Of a stretch of DNA of 64,000 nucleotides, positions 11,469 through 23,529 are shown piece by piece (positions within the stretch are counted from its first letter, which is position 1; each line of letters begins with the position of its first letter). Below the pieces are notes generated by a model. That model ran no database searches, was not told the DNA's origin, and saw only the letters and a program-made list of their open reading frames with translations. This stretch comes from Cetorhinus maximus (lineage: Eukaryota): assembly GCF_964194155.1 (NCBI RefSeq), contig NC_135897.1:50778001-50842000 (forward strand), given 5' to 3'. A program made the translations under genes and the position numbers.

Positions 11469-12739
11469 TAGCGTTCACAAAGAAATTTATGTGAGATTAT
11501 TGTATAGCTTTCCCTATTTTTGCTCATGGCAACATTTTTGTTAATAGTGAATGGGGAAAATATGCACCATGGAAGTCTGTAAGCTTTTCCCATGTAACTG
11601 TGTGGTACTATATATTCTGGGAATAATGAGGATCCATACTAAAGCAATACATCTTTCCCACAAATAGCTTAAAATATTTTGATCAGTTGAATTTTGCAAT
11701 TTACTTATAGTTTGAAACTCACTCTCATACAGTATGGGGAAATAACGCTAATGCCTTAATATTTTTAGAACTAAATATTGCTTGTACTTCAAAGATTCAA
11801 TGATTTTCTGTCAGATCATATTTGAAATGCAATATACCTCATATAGTTTAATGCCATAAAACTGTATGAGATCACGGAACAGTTGCCCTAATTCACAGAG
11901 TAAACGAAAACCAATTTTTGTAGTAGTTTCTTAAAACCATTTGTTTTCTCGAAATACACTTTTAGGCTGAAAGTAAATGAGTCACCTTTCCTCACTGCAT
12001 ATAGTTCCAATCATGATAGTTGGTGATCAGGTGTTGAAGTAATACTCCTGGATAAAACAGTGGTATAATGATTGCATCAGAAAAATATTCTTTCACCGCT
12101 GATCCATATAAAGGTCTTGCATTTGGCATACATCTATCATACTTGAGGCATCACACACACAATGTTACACTTTTTATTACTAGGGTAAAACTGGAAAGTA
12201 AGAAGACAGTCATTGACCTGGAACCTTATTGTACAAGCAGCAAAAATATCCTTTATCCTCTGACTGAAAGTAGCAGGCTGCAAGTCGCTGCAATTACCTG
12301 GCTTTAGCTGTTAAGAGCTCTGCCTTAAAGACACAGACCAACTTGCCAGTTAGACATATTTCAGGCTCTAAACTACATGTGAACAATGCTAAGGGAGATC
12401 TGCTAGAATGTTTTTAAAATTCCAATTTGAAATTTTTGACTTAGTCTTGTAATGTTTGGTTTTCAAATTAGAACCTCACCTTCATGGCAGTACAGAGACA
12501 GGCTGCCTAACCTAACATTTCTTGGCACAACTTCAGTTTGACAAATTCTTTGCTGCTCTTTGCTTTCAGTGAACAGCCTGTCAGTTCTATTGATAAGATA
12601 TTTAATGAGATGCTGATGTTTTTGAGTCTCCCCCAAAAAATGTACTCTCGTCCTGAGGCTTTGCCCTTTTGGAAAGCTGCCAAACTTTATTTTCCCATGT
12701 AGTATTTGACAGAAAACACGAAGGGTCTTTATGAAACCC

Positions 12740-13290
12740 GGTTTTGGCCTCAATTGGAGTATTTTCCTCAATTCTGGGCACTGCACTTAAGGAAGGATGT
12801 TAAGGCTTTAGAAAGATGTAGAAAAGATTTATGAGAATGGTTAAATGGATGAGACACTTCATTAAGTGAACAGGTTGGAGGAGTTGGGATTGTTCTTAGA
12901 GAAGGGAAGGCAGAGAGGAAATTTGATAGAGGCATTCAAAATCATGAGGGGTCCAGACTGAGTAGATAGAAACTGTTCACATTGGCAGAAGGGTTAAAAA
13001 CTAAAGGACACAGATTTAAGATGATTGACAAAAGAACCAAAAGGTGACATGGGGGAACATTTTTTTACATAGCAAGTGGTAACAATTTGGAGTACTCTAT
13101 CTGAAAGGGTAGTGGAGGAAAATACATTTGTGGCTTTCGAAAGGAAATTAGATGAGCAGCTGAAGGGAAAAAGTAGTGCCGAGCTACTTTGGAAAGGGCC
13201 GTGGAGTGGGACTAGCTAAATTGGTGTAGTAGAGAGCCAGTGCAGACTCTATGGGCCAAATAGCCTCCAGTGCTGTAACTTCTGTGATTA
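12740..13290 (+). mobile_element. CR1 LINE 3' end (older)
   Basis: Decayed LEY..QFW.LHLRKD and LIEAFKIM motifs; tail gggccaaatagcctcc..tgctgtaacttctgtgatt. Confidence 0.85.
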
Positions 13291-13599
13291 TTAACATACA
13301 GTGTTTGAAAAGGTACCCTATTTGTACTTGGGTATCTAAACTTTTATCAGAAGCAGGATTAATACATTTCACTCAACAAAACCTGTCAAGTTATATTATT
13401 CATTGAATTCTATTTGTTAAAATGGTCAGAAATCAAAAGACACCTGCCTGTTTTCTCTCAGAGACAAAGCAAGAACTTTCAATAATAAAACACCTCAAGC
13501 TGCCTCATAACCATGAATTCCCTTTGAAATTCAGATTTTTTCAGTTATATTTTCTCATCAACCTCTGTAGAATATGCATCAAACTTGAAGCACAAATCA

Positions 13600-14260
13600 G
13601 AGCTGGATAGAGTTTTTGGCTTGATTTAAAGGGGAGAGCTGGGTGGCCATGCGCATAAGCCCTGAAGTAGGCAGTAGACATGGGGAGTCTGGGACATGAA
13701 GGCTGTCTGATCTTAGTGGGCAGGCCTCATTCCTATAAATTTTCTCTGACTCCTGCCTGAACCTGGCCAGATCGACCATCTGGCCTGTAAGCAGGAGCAG
13801 GAATTCGGTTGGCAGGATGGCACAGCTGAGGGCACAGCTGGGGACCTGAAGGATCAGCAGTAGTTTGTCGCTGAACTTCACCCAGCACTAAGTGAGCAAT
13901 CTGAGTGTGGAGGAGGGTAGAGGGGTTCTTTAATGCCAGTTCCCCCATTGGAAAACTGATAGGATTGAAATGGTCACCTGTTTTACACTCCATCTGATTT
14001 TTTTCATCAAAGTGTTAAATTGATCTTACCCCATCATTCACCCACCAGGAAAGTTAGCTAAAATTAAGAATAGTTTCTGTCAGGCAGTTGCATGCAATTT
14101 TCTGTTTGTCAGGTACAAACGCCAGAAAGTTAAAAGTGGAAATTTGAGTGCTCTCCCAGGTCAGAATAGGAACAAAATATGAATGCCCATTTTTATTTTA
14201 CTGTTTTAAATCCATTTTTAGCTGCATTTTGGGAGCAGGGCAAAGAATAAAATCCTGCTC
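13600..14260. mobile_element. Probable Harbinger-like non-autonomous element
   Basis: Termini gagctggat...aaaatcctgctc; GC-richer interior; no clean TSD. Confidence 0.5.
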
Positions 14261-14484
14261 CTGTCTTCATAAATGTGTTTTTGGAAAGCATAGGGGCCAG
14301 AAGAACTGTGCATGATATTCATTGTGAACAAATGCACATTTTTGTGCATGCAGGTGGCACCCTATAACTAGTTGCATTTTTCAATCTGCCAATGTTCATG
14401 TTATAAACAAGGAGTGTCCCACTGTAAACCCCTCTGCCTGTCTACCCTACACCACCCTCCCTCACCCAGACTGCTCAGAACCTA

Positions 14485-14540
14485 CCCCCCCCCTCCACAC
14501 ACACACACACACACACACCACCATCACCACGCCCCCCCCA
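14485..14540. repeat. Poly-C / (CA)n / (CAC)n low-complexity tract
   Basis: Direct read; flanked by duplicated gctcagaacctacc. Confidence 0.9.
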
Positions 14541-14549
14541 CAGGCCGCT

Positions 14550-14703
14550 CAGAACCTACCTCTTTAAAACCAAGCCTTTAGTCATCTCCCCGAATATCAC
14601 CCTGTGTGGCTCAATGTCAGATTTTATATCATACTGTTCCAGTAAATTAATTTGGGGCATTTTATGGCATTAAAGGTGCAGTACAAATGCAAGTTGTTGT
14701 TGC
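14550..14703 (+). mobile_element. L2 3' tail
   Basis: ccaagcctttagtcatct...gtggctcaatgtcag...aaatgcaagttgttgttg. Confidence 0.8.
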
Positions 14704-15220
14704 TGATTAAATTTATTTCAAGTTGTTTTCTAAAAGTTACATGAAAAATTTCATATTTGGGCTTATTTAGCCTGATTGTTCAGCACTGGACCAGTGTTAT
14801 TTCATGTTAGTACTTGGGCCTTCAAAGATTCATTCTAAGTGAGGGCAGCGGAAACTGTTATTTTACATTGTCTGATGTTTATTAATTTCAGTAAGTTCCT
14901 CTGCATCAACTATTAGATATATGGTAGTTTCTCCAAATTTAAAAGCCCATAAATCCAGCTTAGTGCATACTTTGCAGCCAGCAACTTTTAATAATTGACT
15001 TGTTACCATGTACTCCAAAGTAGTCTTGGTGCTCAAGTAACTATTTTGTAAATTGATTCAACTTTATTTGCTTCATTGTCTTTTGCGGTCTAAAGTTTTA
15101 CATCTAATAAATATTTTGCAGTTCAAGGTGTTGCATGTTCTTTCTTATTCATGGTCTTTGAGCCACCTTGTAAGAAATCACCAAATAATAACTTCATAAA
15201 ATCCTAAGAAATTTATTGAA

Positions 15221-16440
15221 TATTATAGGAATAACCCTCTTTCTCTCATAAAGAAAGCTTCATGGTAGCATCCTGGGCTGACAAGCACAAGGTAGTGAAG
15301 GCTGTTATCTCTGCCATGGATATGTCTCTAGCACGAGCACTAAAAACAAGGCATTGCTAATCCTGCTAGGCAGTGGTGGGTGGGGGAGGTAGTTGGAGGT
15401 CACCTCATGATCCTACTATAAACCAACTGCCTGAAGGTTAAATAGCATGTCCTAACAGGCATGAGCTACAAGATGACTTTATGGAATTCTGATAGAAGTA
15501 GGAAGGATTACCTTGAATATCTGCCCCTTGCCAATGAACAATTGAATAAATGATTGGCATAAGCCTCCCATAAATAAGGTATATAAGCAAACTCTTGAGA
15601 GGGAGAAAGTACTTCGGACAGAAGAGAGCTTCTTGAAGTGGGCCAGTGCTGCCTCCAGCCTAACAACTTGGTTAGCTCAAGAACACTTTGGACAGAGGAG
15701 AGAATTTCAAAATTATCCATGCTGGCTCCAGTTGCACACCTTGGTTAGCTCAAGAAGACTGAATAAACTGCCACTTCCAGTCAAAGATCAGCTTCATCCA
15801 CCCGTTTGCCCAATCTGAGACTAGTAAACCATCCTTAGTAAACTGCCATTAGCCATGGAGATCAACATCCCCAGTTTCATCCATCCATTTATCTGACCTG
15901 GGACCAGTAAACCTTTCTCACCAATTATGGGTTGTATGGTTTTTCTGTCTATTTAGATTATGTATTATATCTAAAATTGTTGCTTCCTAATAAACTTAAT
16001 AAACTTAAGATCATATGAATTCTTGACCACCTATTTTGGGTAAGCTGTGACTCCGGAATCCTAAATCTTATAAATTGGTGTCAGGAGTGGGATCACCAAG
16101 GTCGCAATATCATAGCTTTGAGGCTTGAGAAGCAACAATTATAAGTCTTAATTAAACGTGTGTGGAATATTTCTCAAGTTAAACCAGGAGTCACAATGGC
16201 ATTGACATATGCTAGGGAACGATTTATAGAAAGCCTGGTTGAGGAAGCAGATGTGCCTGAAGTGACAGATAACCTCCATCACACTCTTCCACAGCTCTCA
16301 GGTTATGAGTGTATTCTTGATAGACTTTCTAAAGAAGTTCAGAAAGGAAAGATTAAGTTGAAGAAAGTTCAAAATAAATTGGCCCATGGTGCACGTGTGT
16401 GACTTATAGCTGAATAAAAAGTACAAAGAATGAATGGGCA
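15221..16440 (+). mobile_element. LTR retroelement 5' relic: LTR, tRNA-Leu PBS and start of a gag-position ORF
   Basis: aataaa signals near 15990; LTR end ~16073; PBS follows; ORF MALTYARERFIESLVEE... from 16196; LTR start approximate. Confidence 0.7.
16076..16093 (+). other. Primer-binding site, tRNA-Leu(CAG)
   Basis: tggtgtcaggagtgggat is complementary over 18 nt to the vertebrate tRNA-Leu(CAG) 3' end including CCA. Confidence 0.85.
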
Positions 16441-16558
16441 GCAAAGATAACAAGTGATAATGTTTGTCCAGCTGTTGTTGTATTACAAATCTGTCGACAA
16501 AGACTTTATGACTTTTAAATCACATTCAGCTGCTTTTAGAGGTGGTATTCTTTTCCTT

Positions 16559-17225
16559 GGGCAGGATTTTCATGCTCGGCCAGTGGGCGCGCGCCTGACC
16601 CGCTCGAGCATGAAATGACGCGCGTTGATGTTGGCTAAGCGTGCAGACGTCAATGCGCAGTCGCGCAATAGTTGGGTCGGCGGCAGCGTGCCCGTCAACA
16701 ATTAACAGGCCCGTTATGGCCATTAAGTTAGCAATTAACGTAAATTTTTTGCCGCCTGTCCAGCCTAATGGCTGGTGGGCAGGCAAAAAGGCCAAGCGGC
16801 CTTTGCATTTTTTTAGAAACTTCATCCACGTGCTTGATGAGGTTTTCAAAAGCAAATAAAAATTTATTTTTTCATTAAAAACATGTCCTTGCTCATGTGA
16901 TGGAGCCGCATGAGGGGACATGTTTTATTACATTTTTATGTTTTTTTTTAATATCTCTTCATCTCCCTGAGGCAGCTCTGTGCCTCAGGGAGATTATGCA
17001 GCGCTCAGCCGCGCGCATGCGCGAAATTTGTGCTCAGCCCGCTCGCCCCCACCCCCTCCCACACAGACAGTGCTCAGCGCTACCGCTCACATGTAATGCT
17101 GGGCATGCCTTAATTGGCCCGCCAACGTGAAATCGTGGTGTGGTGTTGATCGCGGTCAGTGATCGGCTTCCTGACCGCCCTGCCCACTACCACCAATCCC
17201 GCACACCAAGGGCAAAATTCTGCCC
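16559..17225. mobile_element. Complete CpG-rich Harbinger-like MITE
   Basis: TIRs gggcaggatttt / aaaattctgccc; TSD CTT on both sides; internal palindromes. Confidence 0.88.
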
Positions 17226-17889
17226 CTTGTCTGGTATAAATTATTGTCTTGTCAGCATTAGACATCACTATTCTATAAGGGGTCGGCGGCCCTTGCGTTA
17301 CATGATTTTCAAAGTGAGTCATGAAGAGCAACATGGCAACATTATGAACCATGCTGTTCTTGATGCCTATTTACATCAAAATCTGATATACTATTACCCC
17401 TATAGCAGATGTATTCTGGGATGTTGTTCGCTACATTCATTGGTATGTGCTTTAATAATCTATGTTGTGTTATTCTTGCCTGCTTGTTTCTCGCTTTTTG
17501 CTCGAAGCCACTGGATATTGATGGAATACTATTTCACTGGTGCCTGCAGCTCAGTGACACCTATTCCAAGTGGCTGTTCTTTAGCTGTGTGTTAATATCT
17601 ATTTAACTATAGTGGCACCGCAGTCATGGTTTCATTCATGTTCTGCATTCACACTTCCCAGCTGGGTCAGCAGGTAAAGGTCATATTTGAAAACCATGGG
17701 TGGCTTTCATCTGCTCTCAATACTCAGAACATGGAGACCAATTGTAGCATGTCAGCTGAGATACAATAATTCAACATTCACCTGGACCTTCTGATCTGCA
17801 TGGTTTAGCAGTGATATGTTTATCCACAGAGGAGCTTCTTAATGGAACTTTTTATTGGAACTGAATATAACTCTGAAAGAGATGCAGCA

Positions 17890-18430
17890 GATGATCTGCA
17901 ATTTTATATCAAGAAATCATTTGTCAAAAGCTCACAGCTGAAGTAATAGATCAAGGGTAAGTTACTTGTCAGATAGGAAATTGACTTGACAAAGAAACTA
18001 CCAGTAGTTATTAATAGTAATTGTTCAGTTGGTCTAGTGAAATCACAAAGGATCATTCCTATGATCTCTTCTGTTACAATGACCTTGATGAGGTAAACCT
18101 AAAGACTATTACCTCTGCTGCTTTTATGTAATTTTGCAAGTAGCCAGAATGTGCCAATCATTCTCATTGAAAATTTATTGAATGATATTCAAAGATCTTC
18201 CCTCTAGATGGATAAGTTGCACATAACATTTAGCATTAAAATAAGTAAGTTAATTAAAATGTGCTAAATTTTTTTGTTATTTATAATAAGGGGTTTAATG
18301 TTTAAGAATGTGGAAGGAGAGAAACTGCATGATAAACAGTCATTCAGTATGTGTTTACAGTCTAAGGTTATGGTTGTCAAAACAAACAAAAGATTGGTGT
18401 ATATAGCTCAATGATATAAATCCAGGGAAG
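17890..18430 (+). mobile_element. Highly decayed CR1 RT fragment
   Basis: Remnants resembling DFxKAFDKV (17905-17930) and QGSxLGPxLF (18045-18075). Confidence 0.45.
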
Positions 18431-18497
18431 TAATTTTAATACAGCCTCCCCTCCAGTCAACATTTTAGTTTGGACCTTCACATGGGCAGCCCAGAAG

Positions 18498-19094
18498 CCA
18501 ATGTTTCCTTAAATAACTTACCAATTTCTTTTAAATTTTAAGCACCAGTATTTCAATTAATTCCTTACAAATATCTTTACTTGGAGCAGGCCAACTAAGC
18601 TTTCCATGCTTTTCCTGATAGAACTTAATCCAAATATACCTATTTCAGGTGTGAGTTAAATTCTAGTATACCAGTCAAAGTCTTATGATGTACGTTTAGA
18701 CCCCGACACAGTTTGTAGGTACCAGTGGAATGGCACACACGTGAAACCAGATGTTGAGTGATCCAACCAGTGGTTCTTAAGTGGACCGCTGCCAAGGTTA
18801 CAATGAAGATGGGCCCACATATGGATTTCAAGTCAAGTACATTGACCAGTAAGGCAATTGCAGTGCCTGCCCACTCTACCCTCAGTTGTCAAGAGAGCAA
18901 ATATTTAAAAGGGAACAAAGAGTGAAAACAACAATGATCTTTGGACATATTCTAGTATTTGGATTAAGTTCTGTCAGGAAAAGCATGGAAAGCTTAGTTG
19001 GCCTGCTCTAAGTAAAGATATTTGTAAGGAATTAATTGAAATACTGGTGCTTAAAATTTAAAAGAAATTGGTAAGTTATTTGAGGAAACATTGG
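18498..19094. repeat. 139-bp inverted repeat with 319-nt spacer
   Basis: Arms 18498-18636 and 18956-19094, 136/139 complementary. Confidence 0.95.
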
Positions 19095-19309
19095 AATTGC
19101 TTTGTCTATAACATTGTCGTGAGGATTGCCTGACTTTTCTTTTTAATTTCTTTCAAGAATAAGGAAAACAAAGACATGATTTCCCAATGTACACTCCCAG
19201 TGGGTGCGATTCCTGAAAGCACCATACATTCTTAAAATTGTCCATTTGTAGTAAACTGCTGCACTCAGTCAGTGTAGAAGTTATCAAGCATCTGAGAAAA
19301 AGGTAATGG

Positions 19310-20162
19310 GTTTCTGATTCCCCTCTTGTCACTGTGCATGCGGACTTACGTTGGCTCTCGGTTAAGCAATGTCTCAATTTTAAAGTTACAAGCTTGTTTT
19401 CAAATCACTCCATGACCTCGTTCCTCCCTACCTCAATAATTTCCCCTGGCCCTACAACCTTCCGAGATATTTGCGTTCCTCCAACTCTGGCCTCATGTAC
19501 ATCCATGATCTTAATCTGTCTGCCAATGGCAGCCGTGCTTTCAGCTGTCTGGATCCTAAGCTTTGGAATTTCCTCCCTAAATCTTTTTGTACCTCTGTAT
19601 CTCCTCCTTTAAGGTGATTTTTTTTTTTAGCTACCTGTTTGACCAAGCTTTTGGCCTTCTATCCTAATATCTGCTCAGGTGGTTCAGTATCAAATTTTGT
19701 TTGATAATGCTCCCCTTAAGTGCCTTGGGACATTTTGCTCTGTTAAAATTGCTAAATAAATACAACTTTCTGTTCTAGGAAGGAGGTAGGGGGATATACA
19801 GGCTTGCATTTGCCATAAAGTTGTCTGTCTCCACCTCTGCATCAGCCAATCTGCTGTTGAAACTCTCTTTTGTCACTTCCAGCCTTGACTATTCCAATAC
19901 ACTCCTGGCCAGCCTCTCATCCATTACAGTCTCTAAACTTCAGCTCATCCAAACCTCGGTTGCCCGCACCCATTCTAGTTTATTTAGCACTCCAGTCCCT
20001 GCTAATCTAGATTACCTCCTGATTACCATCACCTCTAATTTAATTCTAACCCTTGTGTTTACATGGACTTGGCCATCTCTGTAGCCTTTTTTAACCTGAC
20101 AAACAACTTATCCCAGAACTCTCTTCATAATCTTGTCATGTGTATAAATGCAAATTATTGTT
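19310..20162 (+). mobile_element. Two L2 3' fragments (about 19310-19770 and 19820-20162)
   Basis: HADLRWLSVKQ and VTSSLDYSNTLLASL...KLQLIQ motifs; L2 tails. Confidence 0.8.
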
Positions 20163-20710
20163 GGCCTGCATTTTGCAGTAGATGGTGAACAAACAACTAG
20201 GAAATGCAAGTTAAAATATTTAATTGAATGTAAAACAATCTACAGAAAGTGAAATAGAGATAATAAGAAAAATGGAATTGAGAGATATAAAATAAACAGA
20301 TAATGTAGAAAGGATATGTTTTCATTTCAACTTTTTAAAAATCTTCAACAATAATTAAAATCTGAAGGAATGAGACTCCACCCTTGTAAAAATATATGTT
20401 CAGCATGGAGAGAGATTGTTAGCATTTAGGACATCACACTGTGTGAAAATTCACACCTAAACTGCTCGCCGTAACTTTTTCTGGTGTGCTGAGTGGGCCT
20501 ATAACAGGTAATTATTGCAACTTCATGCCCTTCTTGTCATGAATGTCAAGTCTCTCCATGAGATTCAAGCGTAGCAAAGCTTATGGAGGAGCAGGGCAAA
20601 TGACAGAACTTACCTGGTTTCTGCATTTAACTTTGCATGTGAGGATACCAGAGATTGCTGTCCAAATTTATTCCATAATAATGGAATGCTGATAGCTGTA
20701 AAATCCAAGC
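20163..20710. mobile_element. Old Harbinger-like MITE
   Basis: Termini ggcctgcattttgcag...ctgtaaaatccaagc. Confidence 0.5.
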
Positions 20711-21345
20711 TATTTGTCTTGTCATTGTATTTTCATGCTGTTACATTTCCAGCATTAAGGTGTTTATTCTAAACTGCACATGTTTCATGGAGGTTAATGA
20801 CGTGTTCTGACTAATCAGCTGGTCATTTCAAATGGAATGCAGTTAATTAGCATTGACGTCATTCCTCTCAGAATTTACACACTATTTAAAATATTGAATG
20901 TTACACAAGGTGAACGCTATTGTATACCTTAAGGTACAGAAGTAATTTTTCTGATAGAGGAAATAAGAATTTTAACAGCATAGCTATATTGATACTCGTT
21001 TACCCATATTAATATTTTGTAGAACAAAATTTTCCTTTAGGTTCCAAAATAGTCAACATTTGTCACCATTATCTGCAAGCATATAAGTTTGGGAAATGAT
21101 GTTCTTGTGCAATTAAAGGGGCTATATGGTGCTTTATGAGCATTTTGTGACTGCACTTGTATAACCATTTTCCCCTGATATTTGTGATATAAATATTTGG
21201 TTGAATTTGTATGAGCATCCACCTGCATAATGGACAACCTAGTAGAATACTCTGTCTCTGAAGCTGATTTAAGGAATTCCTGCAGCTTATGAACTGCACA
21301 CTGTCAGGTTTACTGATGTTGCACTGGAGCACATGCTGCAGGAAG

Positions 21346-23447
21346 CAGTGGTGGATTTACAGTTAGTGGGGCCCTGTGCTCAGCTTCATTCCCTTACCAA
21401 CCCCCACCACCCCCTCCCACCCCGCCCCACCAGCCTAGGGATCCTAAAGGCGAAGCCAAGAAAATACACAAATTAATCAGTGCTTCTTCACTTGTAAAAA
21501 CCTGCCTGTATGAATAATTGCCTTGTTGAAATCCGAGTTTACCTCTTGTCTGAATGATGATAAAGATGGTAAATATTACGATGCGAGGCGATCGAACATG
21601 GAACTTGCTGACGACAAAAGCCAAGGACAGATTATATGTGGAGAGAGATGGAGAGAGAATGTCTGAAGGTAGGAGAGGGAAGCTGACTAGATGCCCACTT
21701 GAACATTGATATGTCAGTCTGTTGGTATAATTTTGTTCAGAGACGGAGACAGCAGACTGGAGCCCTGCTCCAGTGCCAACAGTTACTGAGGCAAAACAGC
21801 GCTGACAATACATCCGTTACCTAGGAGACCCAAGAGCCATTGCACTTTACTGAGATCTCATTACTCACTGGAAAATCTCATGATAGGGTGCTCAGTGGAA
21901 GAGCACGAGCTGCTGTTGTGGCTTTAGCTGGCCCGTGTTACAATCATTTAAATTAAAATCAAATTAAAACTCAGCTCGAGGTCAATGTTTCAACCTCTGA
22001 CCAAACTGGCCAAGATTTTACTGAAACTCCTCTCCCCATCAAAGCTTGCTGATTATTAAGAGAGACTGGGAATGTATGCAGTGAAGCTCTGGGACTGCCC
22101 AGCATCTTCCCTCCAACATCCAACCACAGTCCATTTTCCAGTCCAGTTTCTGGTGTGTCTCTGTGCTGGACACGATGTCTGGACTGAGAGTCAAGGAATG
22201 ATTCTGAAGATGTGACTGTGAAACCAGCTGATAAGATGTAGCCCAGAGCAGTGCCAGGCAAATCTCTATTTATTTCCTGTCATTTAGTGTAACTTGGCAT
22301 TGTTGAGGTAAGAAGCTAGCCGTAAGTGTGTGTGTGGACTACAATTCCTCCTGTCCCAACATTGTGGGATGGTACTTTTAAAACCACCCGATAGCCATAG
22401 CAAAATTTAAATACTTGCATTTATATAGTGCCTTTCATGATCACCAGAAGCCCCAATGTTGTACAGCCAATGAAGTACTTTTGAAGTGGGAATGTGGGAA
22501 ACGCCGGAGCCAGTTTGCATCCAGGAAGCTTCCACAAACAATGTGATAATGACAAGAATCTGTTTTGTGTGATGTTGATTGAGGGATAAATATTGGCCAG
22601 GAGATCAAGGGTAACTCACCTGCTCTTCTTCAAAATAACCTCATGGGATCTTTTACATCCGAAGGTGGCATCTCTGACAGATCAGCACCTCTCTGGAGTG
22701 TCTGGATGGGAATGGGACTTGAACCCACAACTGTATGACTGTCAGCACAGAGCCACCGCTGATACCTTTAACCTGTGGCCCTTGCTATTCGTTCAAACAA
22801 CTCCCTACTTGCATTGGCGATCGTGGGATTTGGGTAGCTAACGGACTTCACTATTGTTGGGTCAAGTGAGTTGGCTCACCGTGTGCCCCTAGTGGTCTGC
22901 TCCAGGCTTGTTAGCAAGTGGTACACCTTGTATCAGACAGAGAGTGTATGCAGGAGGAGAGGGATTTATCAAAAAAAAGGGGAAGTATAATTGCTGCGGC
23001 AACCTGGTTAGAAAAGGAGCAATTCCTAGCTGTCTGTTAATATCATTTCTGAACATTTCATTCCCATTTCAAATTTACTTTTCTAGGCAACGCTTTCCTG
23101 GTGGAATAACAGAGTCCTACCTCAGACAGAGACTGAGATAGACCCACTTTGCGAAATGTTCATTTGTCAGTAAAGCGAGTGCATCTGAAAAGTGCTTTCT
23201 TTAGGTGTGATTTTGTAGCTGATCAGAATCAGAGACGTTGTCAAGACCGTCCCGGGTGTCTGTCATTCCCATCACACATGGGACTAGGTCCCAAAAATAA
23301 CTAATTTACTCGGCACTTCCCTTTTAAACTTTGCAAATGCAGCATCAGTTCGCGCACCCAGTTTGAATGTTTTGAAACTCATTCATTTTGCGACTCCCCC
23401 TGTTGTTTAGTGGCCCCAGGGTGTGTTTCATTATAAATCTGCCCCTG
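21346..23447. mobile_element. Non-autonomous hAT (Tip100-like) element
   Basis: TIRs cagtggtggattta / taaatctgcccctg; subterminal ggggccc/ggcccc; 8-bp TSD gcaggaag (21338-21345) / gcaggagg (23448-23455). Confidence 0.8.
22413..22766 (-). mobile_element. DeuSINE (SacSINE1-like) tRNA-derived SINE
   Basis: Reverse strand shows tRNA head (ggttcaagtccca), Deu domain (gatgtaaaagatcccatg...gaagaagagcagg...cctggccaatatttatccctcaa) and L2-type tail ctatataaatgcaagt. Confidence 0.85.
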
Positions 23448-23529
23448 GCAGGAGGTGAGGAAAAGTAGAACTCTCATATTGAAGGCCACTCTCCACAGAA
23501 GTGACTGCTGCACCAAACCTTGCAGATGC

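Noticed and set aside
12184-12197. 14-nt microexon actag|ggtaaaactggaaa|gtaaga
   Set aside because: Not a multiple of 3 and the pyrimidine tract is short; indistinguishable from chance.
13571-13630. Alternative terminal exon after ctctgtag (KYASNLKHKSELDRVFGLI-stop)
   Set aside because: The reading runs into a MITE terminus at 13600 and has no independent support.
18498-19094. Mutator/Foldback transposon explanation for the long inverted repeat
   Set aside because: No 8-10 bp target duplication at the outer ends; kept only as an unexplained inverted repeat.
23088-23175. Host exon after ttttctag
   Set aside because: Lies inside the hAT element, all frames stop quickly, and there is no convincing donor.
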